A stretch of 64,000 bases of DNA from Camelus ferus (GCF_009834535.1 NC_045705.1:30630001-30694000), one strand, 5' to 3'. Counted from the stretch's first letter, positions 12,284-25,939 are shown. A program made the numbers and translations. Notes: generated by a model from the letters alone, not told the origin.

Positions 12284-14100
12284 TGTAGTGATTTTAAAAA
12301 AGGACCCCACATTCTTTGACATTCCTGTTTTGGAGATGTGGGGTCTAGGACCCCTCCCTTTGAATATGAAAATGATAGAAGTAACATTTTGTGACTTCCC
12401 AGGGCTAGGTCACAAGAGGCCATGTAGAGTCTGTCTCTGGCAACGCACTTTTCAGACATTCCCTCTCAGGACCCCTCTTACCAACCAGGTGCCATGCTGT
12501 AAGAAGCCCACCCACAAGCCTGGCCTTCAAGTAATCCTAGTCTAGGTGCCCAACATGTGAGTGGAGAAGCCTCCAGGTAATTCCATCCGCACCCAGCCAT
12601 TCAAGCCTTCTAAGTCAGGTCCAGACATCATGGAGTAGAGACTGGGCCTCTCTGCTGTCCTCCGTATAATTCCTAAACCCACTGAATCCACGAGCATAAT
12701 AAAATTGTTGGTTTTTATGCCGCTAAGTTTGGTGTGGCTTGTTAAGCAGCAATAGATGACTGGAACAAAACTTGTTCCTGGGAGTGAGGTGCTGCAGTAA
12801 CAAATATATAAACAGGCGTCATTGGCTTTGAGACCAGGCAGCAGGCAGAAATCAGAAGGAAGGACTCTGAGGAGACTGTTAGTCTCCTTCAGGCCCATCG
12901 GACTCCCACTATCAATGAAGGCTTAAAAGAGAGTGAGGAAAATGTTATTGGAAGCTGGAGGTAACCGGTCCCTGTTATACAATGACAGAAAGTTTGGCAA
13001 TACTGTCACCTTTGGTAATGTGAAAAAATAGGAAATATACCTGGTGAGCTCAATGGTCTAGCTATGGAGATTTCCAGGCTGCCTGTCTTTTTCTAGCTGC
13101 CTACAGTAAAACATGAGGGAGATGAGAGACGAATTTAGAGGAAATATACAGAGCTTGGCACTGTCTTTCCAACCAGCAAAAAAGTACTCAAAGTAAGAAA
13201 GTGCCTCAGGGCAAAGATCAAATCCAGAGTGCTGTCAGAAAAATGTGGTCTGAGAGTAAAGATGAACCATTTGTTAAAACCTCAGAAAGATTTCGAAGTG
13301 GAGCCTCTCAGACTCTCTCAGACAAAAGACGTACAGATCTTAAGGGTGTTATCTCATCACCAGCCTCATAAGAGAACTCAAATGGAGAAGGGCCTGTCTC
13401 AGGGAGACTTGAGGGTATACCTTTTGTCTAGTGAAGTAAACCCCAATAAAGTTCATTAAAAAAAAAAAAACCATGTTTTAAGAGAATTGTATTGATGGAA
13501 GTATCATCCATTTGAACCTAAGAATATAGAGGTAATACAAAATAAAAAGTGACCTTTGGACTCCTAGACTTCATGGGTAGGAAGCAAGCAGAGAAAGCTC
13601 CTCAGCTACAAACGAAGGCTATGTTTTTATGGACATGAAATCATGATTCAGAAGATGGAACCAAAAGCCCAGAGTACAGAGTCAAAGGTCATAGAAAATC
13701 ATTGTCAGGGAGAGTTTTGGGCCCAAATCAGGGAAGTAAGACATGTGCCTGGGTGGATTTCAGAATTGTAATGGACCAATGATCACTATATTGCCTCCCA
13801 TTCTCCCTTTTTTTGAATGGAAGTCTATGTGATTATCTTAGGCCTGTATCATCACTGTACATCCTAGGTGTAAATGACAAGATCCGGGAGTTGGGCTGAT
13901 GCTGAAATGGAATTGGGCTCTGAGGGTCTAGGGGAGCAGGGTGTATTTTGCATTTGGGAGGAATGTAAATTGTTGTGGCCAGAGGGCAACCATGGCAGGT
14001 TATGTTTTCCAAAGATAGCTGCACCAGCATCTCCTATCCTACATGCTCTTCTACAAAGTGATTTTGCCACACACCCCAGTAAAACGTGGCGTCTAATTTT
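12284..14100 (+). mobile_element. MaLR provirus: MLT1F/G-type 5' LTR (12284-12767), MLT1 internal region (12768 to about 13990), truncated 3' LTR (about 13991-14100)
   Basis: LTR tgtagtgattttaaaa...aataaaattgttgg...gcaatagatgactggaaca; internal region ends ggccagagggcaac, then a second LTR start. Confidence 0.85.
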
Positions 14101-14358
14101 TTACAGTGATGTGCCTTGGTGTGCATCTATACTCATTCATTGTGCTGGGCTTTTAAGGATCCTTTCAATCTAGGAATTCATGTTTTTATCAGTTCTGAGA
14201 CATTTTCTTCAATTTTTATTTGTGCCTTCATCTTCTCTTTTTTCAAACATCTTGTCTACTTGCATATACACCCATAAGTATGTAGTTTTATATAAATGGT
14301 ACCGTATTACACATACTGTTCTGTATAATGAATTTTATTTTTCAGATTACATAGGCTG

Positions 14359-14437
14359 AGGGAGAGGGGATAGCTCAAGTGGTAGAGCACATGCTTAGCA
14401 TGCATGAGGTCCTGAGTTCAATCCCCAGTACCTCCTC
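14359..14437 (+). mobile_element. tRNA-Ala-derived camelid SINE, tRNA part only, no tail
   Basis: A box tagctcaagtgg, B box gagttcaatcc, anticodon arm catgc-ttAGCat-gcatg; TSD cagattacataggctg (14343-14358) and cagattatatagactg (14438-14453). Confidence 0.9.
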
Positions 14438-15483
14438 CAGATTATATAGACTGTATATATTTTAAGGTTTATCAAATGATATGACATTTAATATTCATCA
14501 GTTAACATGGCATTTAAACATACTCCATCATTTTTCACTTATATGTATAAAATCTTTAGGCTGTTTCTTACACCTGGAAGTGGCCCACACACCAAACAAA
14601 AACTTTTTTAGACCAAGTGTCCCAACTTGAACTTCTGAAAATATGGTCACCATATGCTAAGGCATGAATTAGAGAATGAGCATGGTGTTTGATGTTCTCC
14701 ATGGCTCGTTTCATTGCTCTCCACTGCTCGTCCCTCCCTTCCTACATGATGACCCCATCTGAAATGAAACCGTCTACATACTGGAGAGTAGTTTAGAATT
14801 GCAGTATTTTATGGAAACAATTATCTCAAATAACTTTTTGTAAAAATAATACGTTTGTTTTGGAGTCTTAAGCCTAGTGGTGAGGCAAAAATTTTTTTCC
14901 TAGGAATCCAAATCTTCTCTTTAATCAGCAAAACCGTTTAATTGGCTAAAGATCAGTTTTGTGCCCTGTTGGCTACTCAGTGGAACAAGCAAGTGTTAGA
15001 GATCCCTTGCATTTTTTTCTTTAGTTGTACATTCCATCAAGCTAGCCCATTAATTGCAGCGGGTGGGAATTGGAGAGCTGTTCACTTGGCAATTAGCAAA
15101 GGGCTTGTGAGGAAAGAAAAATTCCTTTTTCTTTCTGATATTTTTGCTTTGGAATTTGGGAATTCAGAATTTAGTCATAACAACTAGATTAATGTGTTTA
15201 GAAACCTTGAAACACTCTTAAATCCTTCCTTGTTTTGTAACATACTAACAAGATCCTAGAGATAGCTAAAACAGTGGTTGGGAAATTCTGCTGTGGATTT
15301 AAGACCCTCCAAAAGCATCATCCATTAATGGGCAGAGTGTTTAGTGATAGATAAGGAAGTACGGGTTAGCTAATAGAGTGAGCAGTCCCATGTCCTGTGG
15401 TTACCTCTCTGCATCAGAGGAAGTGTGTAGTTGGGAGGCAAGAAGCAATTTCTTTGGAGTTTACTGTCTCTGTTTCGCAGGGC

Positions 15484-15514
<31 letters not shown>

Positions 15515-17029
15515 CATCCTAGAGATAACAAGAACATTTAGTGGTACTAGATGGTACTCATCAGGAGTTTAGGATGTTGACGTGTTAGATTGTCTAAAAC
15601 AAGGCAGAAAAGATTACTTTTTGCCAGCTGCATCATTCCTGGCAAAAGCTTACTACTTTGCTACTTGTTTTTTCTTGTTGTTGTTAACCCATTAGAGAAA
15701 CTAACCACTCTATTAGTTCTAGCCTAATCTTTGTCGTCACTGGTCCTAAAAACCTCTTGGGGACCTAAGAGCACCTGGCCATTCTGAGAGCTTCTATGCT
15801 TAGTGATTGATGCTCATCTCTGCAGGCTCCCCAAAGCCCTCCTCCCCTTTTCCTGAAGCACCTTCAAGCATTTCTGCATGGCTACCCACTCTCTTCTATT
15901 ATATCTCCTCCTCCTGCCTTACTGAATACTGGATTTCCCAGCTCACAACTCTTAAGAAGGAGCTTTATTTCAGAGTAGAAAGGGGCCCCCATATGTGGCC
16001 TATTATATCCATATCAACTTGCTTACCCTTTTCAAACAGCTATTGTCTTTTAATAGGGTCCTGCCTGGCAGGGGGAGTCCTTAATTCCTGCCATATAAGA
16101 ATGGGCAGCTTGAGTTACAGCGAACTGCAGTTTGGTACTCTGATCAAAAGGCCTCTGTTGTTTTTAGGGGTTTTTTCCCCCCTTCCTTCTCTCTCTCTTT
16201 CTATATCCTAGGCTAATAATTCAGCACAGCAAGGTCATTACTGGCTTTGAATTGAGAGCTGAGAGTGTTAAATTACTGACCTAGAATAAAAGAGACCTGG
16301 GGGGGCTCTCAGGAAAGATAAAGGGATTCCGGCTAGTAAAGTGCAAGCCCAGCAACCTCACTTCTTAACAATATTATTTTTTTTAATCCGCTCTGTCTCC
16401 AAAAGTCTTTTCTGGGACAAAGAAAGATCTCCAGCCAGAGAAATTAGGTTAGGAACTCAACGACATCTTCTGAGAATTGTGGCCCAGGTGCCAGCAGTTC
16501 ACGGGCGCCTCTTTAGCTGTCCTTTTTGTCTCCCCCTTGTTAATAGTTCACTCTCTTCCAGCCTGCTCCTTAGTGAAATATTGGTCCTTTATCACATAAG
16601 TCAAATATATTTGTGATACTTCAGCTGAAAGACTATATCCCACGGGGGGATTTCAGACATGTGAAATATTTTAGCACCTAAAATATTTTTTAAATATGAC
16701 ATTTTCATTAAAAGCTGCTTCCCTTCCATTTATATTTTGTAAATAATGTTTGTCTGGTCCACCCATACTTTAACAAGAAAAAAATTTGCCCCATTGTGAA
16801 TAAGTTTGACACTATACCACCTCTACTATAATGGGTTTTTCTAAGAAAGTCATTTTCATTCCTTCATACGTTGCCCAAACTATTATCCCCCACATATCCT
16901 TTTTCATAATTATCTCTTTAAAGCCAGACACCATTCATATCCTCTGGAAAATACTGACTTCCTAAATTTACTGTTTTTTAGAAAAGTCCCTGAAATCAAC
17001 TTTTCACAGATTTTCTGCACTGCAAAGTA

Positions 17030-17376
17030 ATGATAATAGCTAATAGTCCCTGAATGTGCCAAGCGTTATACAATTGGCATTATTATCACATTTAATCTTT
17101 GGCAACCTTATAAAGTAAGCATTCCTGTTATCACCGTTTTACAGATAAAAAATAGTTGAGGCACAAAGTGGTTTAGTACCAGATCCAAAGTCACACAGCT
17201 AAAAAAGTGGTAAGATTTGCCCCAGGCTAGTGCTTCTCAAACTTTAAGGTGAGTATCAATCACATGGGAATCCTGTTAAAATGCAGAATTGGATTTGTAG
17301 GTCTGGGGTGGGGCCTGAGATTCCAATTTCTAATCAGCTTCCAAGTGATAATGATGCTGTTCACACTCCCAGTAGC
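17030..17376. mobile_element. MIR (-) followed by a MER5A hAT element (about 17228-17376)
   Basis: tagtgcttctcaaacttt...aaaatgcaga...gtaggtctggggtggggcctgagatt. Confidence 0.85.
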
Positions 17377-17529
17377 AAAGCTGTAGTCATTCTTACTTCA
17401 GAACCACTCTTAAAAATGTTTTGGTTACAACTTTCCATTTCTGATTCCATCAGGCAATTCTATAAATATACATACTGGGTATTTGTGTTAGCTTACTACT
17501 GTTATCTTAACCAGTATCTTCATTACTTA

Positions 17530-18095
17530 ATTTTTTTTATTGTGGTAAAATATACACAACATAAATTTACCATTTTAACCATTTTTAAGTCTACTGTTCT
17601 GTGACATTAAGTACATTCACAATATTTTGCAACCATCACCACCATCCATCTCCAGAACTTTTTCATCTTTCCAAAATGAGACTCTGTACCCATTAAACAC
17701 TAACTCCCCATTTCCTCCTCCCCCACCCCCTGATAACCACCATTCTGCTTTCTATCTCTATGCATTTGACTACCCTAAATACTACATGTAAGTGGAATCA
17801 TACAACAGTTGTCTTTTTGTGACTGGCTTATTTCATTTGGCATAGTGTCCTCAAGGTTCATCCATGTTGTAGCATGTGTCAGAATTTCCTTCCTTTTTGA
17901 GGGTAAAAAATATTTCATTGTTTGCATATATCACATTTTGTTTATTCCATTGTCAATGGACACTGGGCTGGTTCCACTTTTTGGCTATTATGAATAATAT
18001 TGCTATGAACATGGGTGTACAAATATCTAAATCCCTACTTTCATTTCTTTTGATAATTAACCTGGAAGTGAAATTACTGGATCATATGGTAATTT
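17530..18095 (-). mobile_element. L1MB-type 3' end
   Basis: tttttattgtggtaaaatatacacaacataaatttaccattttaacc...ggatcatatggtaatt. Confidence 0.9.
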
Positions 18096-21000
18096 TACCA
18101 ATATCTTATTTCCTAAGGTACAAGTTTATGTTCAAGTTATTGTTTGTGTCCCTTTAGAAAAAAAAAAGTAGTGGGGAAATTGTTTGTGTTCCTCTTTGTA
18201 AGAAAAAACATTTCTTACTTAAAGTAAATCTTTAAAGGTTTGGCAGGAAAAATAAGTTTTCAGTATAGATTCATTAAGTTTTGTCATCTATAGCTGCTTT
18301 GTGATTTTCAATCAATCACAAAAGAATATTGAAAAATGTTCTTCATTTTTGGGAAGATTGGTAGTTGGTTAAATGTCACCAAGGAGAGAATTAGAGAGTG
18401 GTAATGTTTTAAAATAAATCAATATTAAGAAGGTTTATGTCACAGAGAAAGTTTTATGTGAATGAATTCAAGACTTCACCTGACAAACAGGTGTTCGGGG
18501 AACAGAGGAACTCCTTGTTAAATTTTTATGTTCTTCCTTTAAGACTTCTTGGAGTAACTATCCCAGAATCTTCAGAAACTTTGTGGCACCTCTTTCACTG
18601 AGGTCTTTAACCAGATGACACATTAGATTCGCATGTGTTTTCAAGAATTTTGTGCAAGAACTTGCCTACTATCTAGGGTTCTTTTCTCATATATCTTTAG
18701 AAATAAAATTCTCTGTTGGAAATAAGAAAACAACTTGAAGTGACATTGAAATCTGATGAGTTAATAAGAAAATCTGAAGGGTTTTTTATAAAGGTATCAG
18801 GAAGAAACTGACTGTTTTCCATCAAAGACTACCAAATCATTAAGGCTACTTTAATCACGTATGTCTAGAGCTCTCTTACTATAGAGGTTCCTAGCTAATG
18901 CAAAAAATTGGAAAGAATGGACTTGAATTTGGAAAGATAAAAGAATACAAAACAGCTAAAGTCAGGAAAATGAATACTTTTTAAAAAACTAAAGCTCTAA
19001 TCTGTTTTTAGAATCAATAATCAGTACATATATGTAAACTAAAAAAATGTGCAGTATACTGTATATATGTATTTACATGCAATACAATGTATATGTGCAA
19101 TTGAACTGTAATAATTCTACCCAATAAAACTGAAAAAGAGGAAAAAAATATGGATTTACCAGTATCTTTAAAAGAGAAGTATACATGGCTACTGAAAGAA
19201 ACTGAGTTTATTTTCTAAAAAGTGAGACCAACTTTGGAGATAAAACAAAAAATAACACAAAGAAGGTGACCTGGAAATGATAGTAATTTAAACAAGACGT
19301 CAGATGAGATGATAACCCAGAAGAGAATGGAATCAGCAGCTGCAAGTCTAATGTATGTGACTCTAACAGAACAAATCCTGCATCCCAACACTTCTTCAAT
19401 TTTATTATCATTTTGAATTATGGTCAAATCCAAGAAGACTTTGGCCTTTGACTAAAGCATTTGCATGAAGCATTTTTTATCAACCTAATTCATATCATCT
19501 TGAACAAGGACAAAGAATGGTGGTTTGAGAATTATAGGCTGGGCTTTGAACTAAGAGAGTTGGTAAATGTCATGCCCCCAGCTCTCAAATGGGGTGGTAC
19601 TAAGGAAAGTAGTTTTGACATTTAAGGGACCCGTGAAAATAGTGTTGGGTTTTCAATGAAAATCTGCTGGTAATAGTAATGGGAATATTTTGGAGATCCT
19701 AGTGAGAACAAAAGGATGGTATAAAAGAACCTAAAAGCTGTAGCTGTAGGCAGAAAATAAAATAGAATTTCCCTTAAAATGTCATCTAGTGCTGTACAAA
19801 GCTCAGATATGCAATGGGTGGGAAAAACCTAGAAGGAAGTTAGTATTGAGTTGAAAAAGCTAAAAAAGAAAACCGACAAGAAATAAGATGAGAATATGAT
19901 ATGTGATCCAGCAGTAAAACAGACAGAAGCTGTTTTGAGGTCTGGAGGTAGAGAGTAATCACACTGTGGGAGGCAGTGGCAGGATCTATCCGCGTATGAC
20001 CAAGGGGCGCTTTACCTGCAGCACCAAATTTAACTTCAGGAGCAGAAAAAAAGAGGACAGATGGGATGAGCCAGTTGACAAAAGAGATACAAACGTTGAA
20101 AGAGCTGAAGAGAAAGTAATAACAGATGACAGGTTTAGAGACCACATTAAAAAGTATGTGAGATGTAACATGTAGCAGGAGGTAAGACATAACAGAAATA
20201 CTGCACCATTCTAAATAGGAGCATTCTTTGTCCAGAAACTTTTCCTGTTAAGCCTAGGGAGTGATTCCCCAGAGAAATCATGAAATCATAATTACTCTGG
20301 ATTTCAAATGAGATTATGCAAACTCCTGGAAGTTCTGTTATTAAGAGCTCTATTTAAAGGCCTTGTAGGAATGAGAAAAACAAGAGATTATGGTAACTAT
20401 TGTTAAGCAAATTTTTATTACAAAAATTTAACATATAATAACATTTCAGAATATTTGGGAGACAGGAAGAAATTCATTAGAGGCCAACAACCTTAATACA
20501 ATTAGTAAACACAATTGTCTTAATTTTTAATTATTTTCTTTACACAGACCTACTTTAATGTAGTTAAAATTATAATGTACACATAATTTTATTTCCTGGT
20601 TTTTTATAGTGTATGAAGAGCATTTTCTAAATTGCTACATTGTCTTTTTATAATCTGAATTTCTAACAGGCTATAAAGAGTTTGTAGTAACTTTCTCCCA
20701 GTGCTCTGTGCGTTGATTTCCCATCCTGAGGTACATGGATTTGCCTTTCTCTGTTGGCATGGAGTAAACAGCCATATAAAAGAGACGATCCTTAACACTT
20801 AAAACTGCAAGGTGTTAATGAACCATGTTGCTTCTCCACTTACACAAGTGGGTATGGAGATAATATGCAATTGGGAGTTTACCATAGCTTGCCAGGCTTT
20901 CCACAATAAGTTTTGAGGTTGGAATGCTTGAAAAGGGAGTTTGAAACATTTTTTAACTCTGGCGGGGGCCTAACTGAACTATAAACAAAGATCCAATGGA

Positions 21001-23189
21001 AAGCTGTTTACTTTCAGAGAAGCAGCACACAAGACCGAAGTCCTTTGCTTTGTCTTCTGGGGAGAATTTGCTTGGTGATCACTTTATCTGGAAATACTCT
21101 CCTTTCCCCTTGGCATCAGCCCAGGGTGGGACAAGCAATCCATTCCACTGCTTTGAGAAGATTTTTTCTGAGTTTTGGTAACAGAAGAGCACTTGGTGAC
21201 GTAACCAAGGAAAGAAAACTCAGCACTGCTAATGCTTCCCATTGCAGAAGCTCTTCACAGCTCACAGGGCCTGTGAGGCTGTTCCTGACAACAATCTTGG
21301 ATGTTCTACCTCTAGTTTAACCAACCCTGGGCATGATCAAATGAAGGGGATTGTGAGCGCCCACCTGCAGTACTGCAAGTCTCTGTTTTCTAAGCTGCTT
21401 ACACTGCTATCTTTCTGGCCAACAGAGAAGAGAACCTGCCATCGATTAACCTGATGCATACCTATGGGAAGAACTTTATTCCAAATGTACCACACTTGGT
21501 CAAATTTTTCCTTGGATACAGGATCCTATTGTACATTATTTTTTCTTGTAATAGGTATGTTGTATGTTTGAACAATAGAGTACAACACCCCAGTAGTGAG
21601 TTAGAAGTTCTTAGAAATTCTGCATTAAACTTTTGTGCAGAAACTTCTTTGTAGCACTATAAAAAAGAAATTGGTGTGAGGCAACTTCTGTTCAAGTGTG
21701 TTGTCTAAACTACTTCTGCAGCATAGTCCAAGCTGACAGGCTTCACTGATTTCTCTCAAGTTAGCATTGCCAAATTCTATAGCAGACAGGCAATGGAAAG
21801 AAAACATTTAAGGGCCTTAGACTTCGTCTGAATTTCACAAGGAAGGAAAGAACAAATCCAGGAATAGTTAGTTCAGGGGACCAGATCATGCCACAGGAAT
21901 ACATCTTTAGGGTTTGGTGACTTTTTGCAGGAAAAACCTCCAGTCTGCTAATTTTGCCAATCCGTTAGTGGGAAATATGCCCCAACAGTTTTCTTTTCTG
22001 TTCCCTCTATGTGGAATATCTTTTTTCCTTCGGCTTCTAGAAGCAATAAAAAGATTACTTTAAATCATAATTCTTTCTAAAATGTTTTAGATCTTTGATC
22101 TTATATATTTTTCAGAGGCTGATCTATACCCTATGTGTTTGGTGTGGCCAGTTTGTGCTGCATAATTGGGTGTGATCTGTTCTCACATTTTGCTTCTCTG
22201 ATAGATCTGTTTAGGATTCCTTGCAAATAAAGTTCATCTCAAAACAGCAGAAGACAGTCCCAATTCTAACAGAAGATAGTATACTTTAATACTATCTAAT
22301 GAGCTAGCCTGATTTTAGAAAGATAAAAGGAGATAAGAGAATAGCCTAAGAAGACTGAACTGCTGCCATCCAGTTTAACTGTGTGAGTCAAGGCTCATTG
22401 GCCATTTTCATTCGGAGTAAGAGCAAGGAGTACCTGGAAGATATGAAGTATTGTAGGAGCTTGGAACCTTTGCCTCTTGGCACATTGCAAATGACCTGGA
22501 ATATTTTAATTTGGTCCTTTTGCTCTTTGTTATTTCTGTATATAGAATGTGAATGGCTATATATATAAATCTGCTACGATTACATTTATATTAATTCTTT
22601 CCTGGGTCATCCTTGAGTAACTGGCCACTTCACCAAAGTAATTTAAATCAATTCTGACTTTTTGCTTTGTAATATCCAAAATGAAGATGTTTATGTGGAA
22701 TTGATATCATAAGCAAATTCTTAAAGCTTATTTCCTTAGTTTTTCCAGAGAAAACAGTTACCACTTAATGAAATCTGTTGACTTTTTTTCTGTATAAATG
22801 GCCTTTGTTATTAAATGAGAAAAAGAAGTTGTGTAAAGAACTCTCACTACCTATGATTTTACAAATATCTAATTATAAAATCATTAATTTTTAATACATT
22901 TTCTGCTGTATTTTCTTGGTATGTTACTCTAGAGTTAATTGAATATAAATATTCAAATTATAATTAAATTATAATTAAAATAAAATGGGGAACTATGGAA
23001 CTAATTTTCTTTTCTTTTTTTTGTTAAAATCAATTTGAGACATTTGTTTTCAATTTCATTTTAATAAATTTATTTATACCTTTTAAGGTAAAAATTATAT
23101 AATTCACAAAGAAATTTTAATTTTGATATCTTTGATTCTGTTGTGGCCAGAAGATCCAAAGAGAGATTTCCTGATCTTCTTATTCATGA

Positions 23190-24240
23190 CAGCTTAAAAA
23201 GAGGTAATCAGATCCCTATGAATTGGAAAAAAGAATATCTGTATTATGCTACCTTTTGTGTAAGAAAGAAGGGGAAATGAAAATATACACATGTATCTGC
23301 TCTTTATTAAAGAAAGGTAACTTATAAATGTAGATGAAATTATATAATTGGGGGGAAAATCATCATTTGGCAAAACCACCATAACTGTTTTTGCTTCTGG
23401 CAAGAATTATCAATGGATGCTGAAAGTAGTAAATGAAAGTTTGAAGAGTAACAGTATATTTCCACAGCCTCAGAGTATCTCTCCAAAAGACACTTATTAA
23501 TTACAAAGGATAACTTAATGGTAGGTGAACCTGGCAGACACTGCTTTACCTAAAAGATTAAAGTTAACATCCCCAGTAATTAGACTAATCAATAGCAAGT
23601 ACCTCTTGATATTGATGCCCTGGGAAAACTCAGCATCACTTCTGTGATAATCCTGCCAAAAGGGTATAACCTGAATCTAATCATGAGAAAACATCAGACA
23701 AACCTAAATTGGAGTACAACCTGTACTCTTTAAAAATGTCAATGTCATGAAATACAAAGAAAGACTCAGGAACTCTTTCAGATTAAAAGAGACTAAAAAG
23801 TCATGACAACTCAGTGCAATGTATTATCTTGAATTCTGTTTTCCTATAAAGAAGACATTATTGGGTCTGTAGATTAGATAGTAGTATTGTATAAATTTTA
23901 ATTTTCTGATTTTGATCATTGTACTATTGTTATGTAAGAGAATTACTTATTTTTTAGGAAATACTAAGTTTCGGGTAAAGAAGCATCATCTCTACAACTT
24001 ACTCTTAAACAATTCTGAAATACAATATGTATAAAAATATAAAGATCTGTATATTTATATGTATATAGATGTGGCAGAGAGAGATTGAGAGAGAAAGAGA
24101 AAGCAAATGCGGTGAAATACTCACATTCAAGCAATCTAGGTAAAGGATATTCAGGACTTCTTTGTACTATTTTTGTAACTTTTCTGTAAATGTGAAATTA
24201 TTTCAAAATTAAATAAAATGAAATCTCAAGGGAAAAAAAT
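23190..24240 (+). mobile_element. L1MC/L1MD-type 3' UTR
   Basis: aattatcaatggatgctg...cctgaatctaatcatgagaaaacatcagac...tgtgaaattatttcaaaat. Confidence 0.8.
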
Positions 24241-24396
24241 GAGCAACTTTAGGAAAATGAAAGAATTTGCTCAATGAAGTTTGAATATTGGTTTTGGAGA
24301 AATCCATTTAGGGCAGGCATATAGTGTACTTCCGTATGGCCTTTAAGATATTTTTAGAAACTTTTAAATTTGATTTTAGAGGTAAGATTGATGACT

Positions 24397-24699
24397 TTTT
24401 TTTTTTTTGCAAAATTTGTTGTCCAGTTTTATTTTTTTCTTTATTTAATTTTTTATTGAAGTATAGTTGGCTTACTATGTTAGTTTCAGGTATATAACAT
24501 AGTAATTCAATATTTTTATAGATTACACTCCATACAAAGTTATTATAAAATATCTACTATATTCCCTGTGCTGTACATTACATCTTTGTAACCTATTTAT
24601 TTTACAACTGTTAGTTTGTACCTCTTAATCCCCTTATCCCCTTCACTTATTTTGCCTCTCCCTCTACCTTCCTCCCCTCTGGTAACCTCTATTGTTCTC
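24397..24699 (-). mobile_element. 5'-truncated L1 3' end with 13-bp TSD and a double tail
   Basis: TSD aagattgatgact at 24384-24396 and 24700-24712; L1 terminus tttttattgaagtatagttg. Confidence 0.9.
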
Positions 24700-24949
24700 A
24701 AGATTGATGACTATTAAAGAACATTTCTATTTAGTTAAATACAATTGAAAATTAACAAGAATGTACATTTTTATGTGGGTAGAATGTTTGTTTTGGATTT
24801 CTGTGATAAAGGCTTGCATTGTTTGTGATTTGGTCCTCCTATATATTCCAAACACACAGTAATGATAAATAAAATTTCCTAAGAGAAAATTTAAAGGACA
24901 TAGCCATGTGTAAAATCAATATAAGTTCATCTATGGACCAGGAACTAAA

Positions 24950-25935
24950 CAAAATCACAACATTAATGGAGCTAAAACCATGGGCCTCCTGCACTCTGGT
25001 TTTAGAAGCAAGCATAGGTAACTGAGTGCTCATTTCTCATGGAATAGTAGAGAACAGAAGTTTCACACATAGGGTGAGAGACTAGAGCCAGACTTTTCCA
25101 CCTCCACCCCTCTAAAGGAGATTCAAAGAAACTTATTATGCCTCTCTGGTAAATGACTTATATAAAACCTGGGAGTACAAGAGGAAGCAGACAGCCTTTT
25201 AGTCAGGACTTGGTGGTGCAAGCTACTCAGGGATTCAGTGACAGCCTCTGTGATATCCCTAATATCATCAGGAATACAGCCTTAAGTCATCAAGTATGAG
25301 ACCTAGTTCTAAACTAAGATCTGTCCCCAGGGGAGAGTGAGAATGTAAAACCTACCACTTAAGATGAGTCTGCACACTGCAATTCCAAAACACATAAGGA
25401 AAACTAATGCTAAGAAAGAGAGCCAATAAACCCAGTAACTGAAATGTAAATTTACTCCAGAGAAAATAAAACTAATTAATCATTTTTAAATTGACTTTGA
25501 AATGAAAGTTAGGATCCTCAGGGAGAAAAAAGAAGGAATACAGTAGTTTTAAAAGACAAGAAAAATTGAGAAACAGGAACAGGCAAAATGAAACAAAGCC
25601 ATGTATATTCCTTAAAGGACCTTGAAAGTTCTAGAAATAAAGTTACTGAATTTTTTTTAATAATTGAAAGAGAATGAACTCTAGACTAGACATAATTGAA
25701 TAGAGAATTCATAATTTGTCAGATAATACTAAATGTACCACAAAGATAGAGATAAAAACTATAAAAGGACAGATGAGAGACATTGAGAGTCTACAATGTA
25801 TATCTAATAGGAGTTTCAGAAGAAAAGAATAGAGAAAATCATGAAGAAGCAGTATTTTAAAATATATTGGCTGAGAATTTTCCAGAATTGACAAAAGAGA
25901 TGTCAAAGTCCTTGGCGAGATAAACAAAAATAAAC
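24950..25935 (+). mobile_element. Old L1M 5'UTR/ORF1 fragment
   Basis: ctaataggagtttcagaag...ggctgagaattttccagaattg, typical of L1 ORF1. Confidence 0.7.
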
Positions 25936-25939
25936 CTAC

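Noticed and set aside
12093..12898. Overlapping 105-150 aa ORFs
   Set aside because: They lie largely within an MLT1 LTR and have no protein features.
14359..14437. Functional tRNA-Ala(AGC) gene
   Set aside because: Two acceptor-stem mismatches, a T-stem mismatch, a flanking TSD, and membership of a SINE family with three other copies here.
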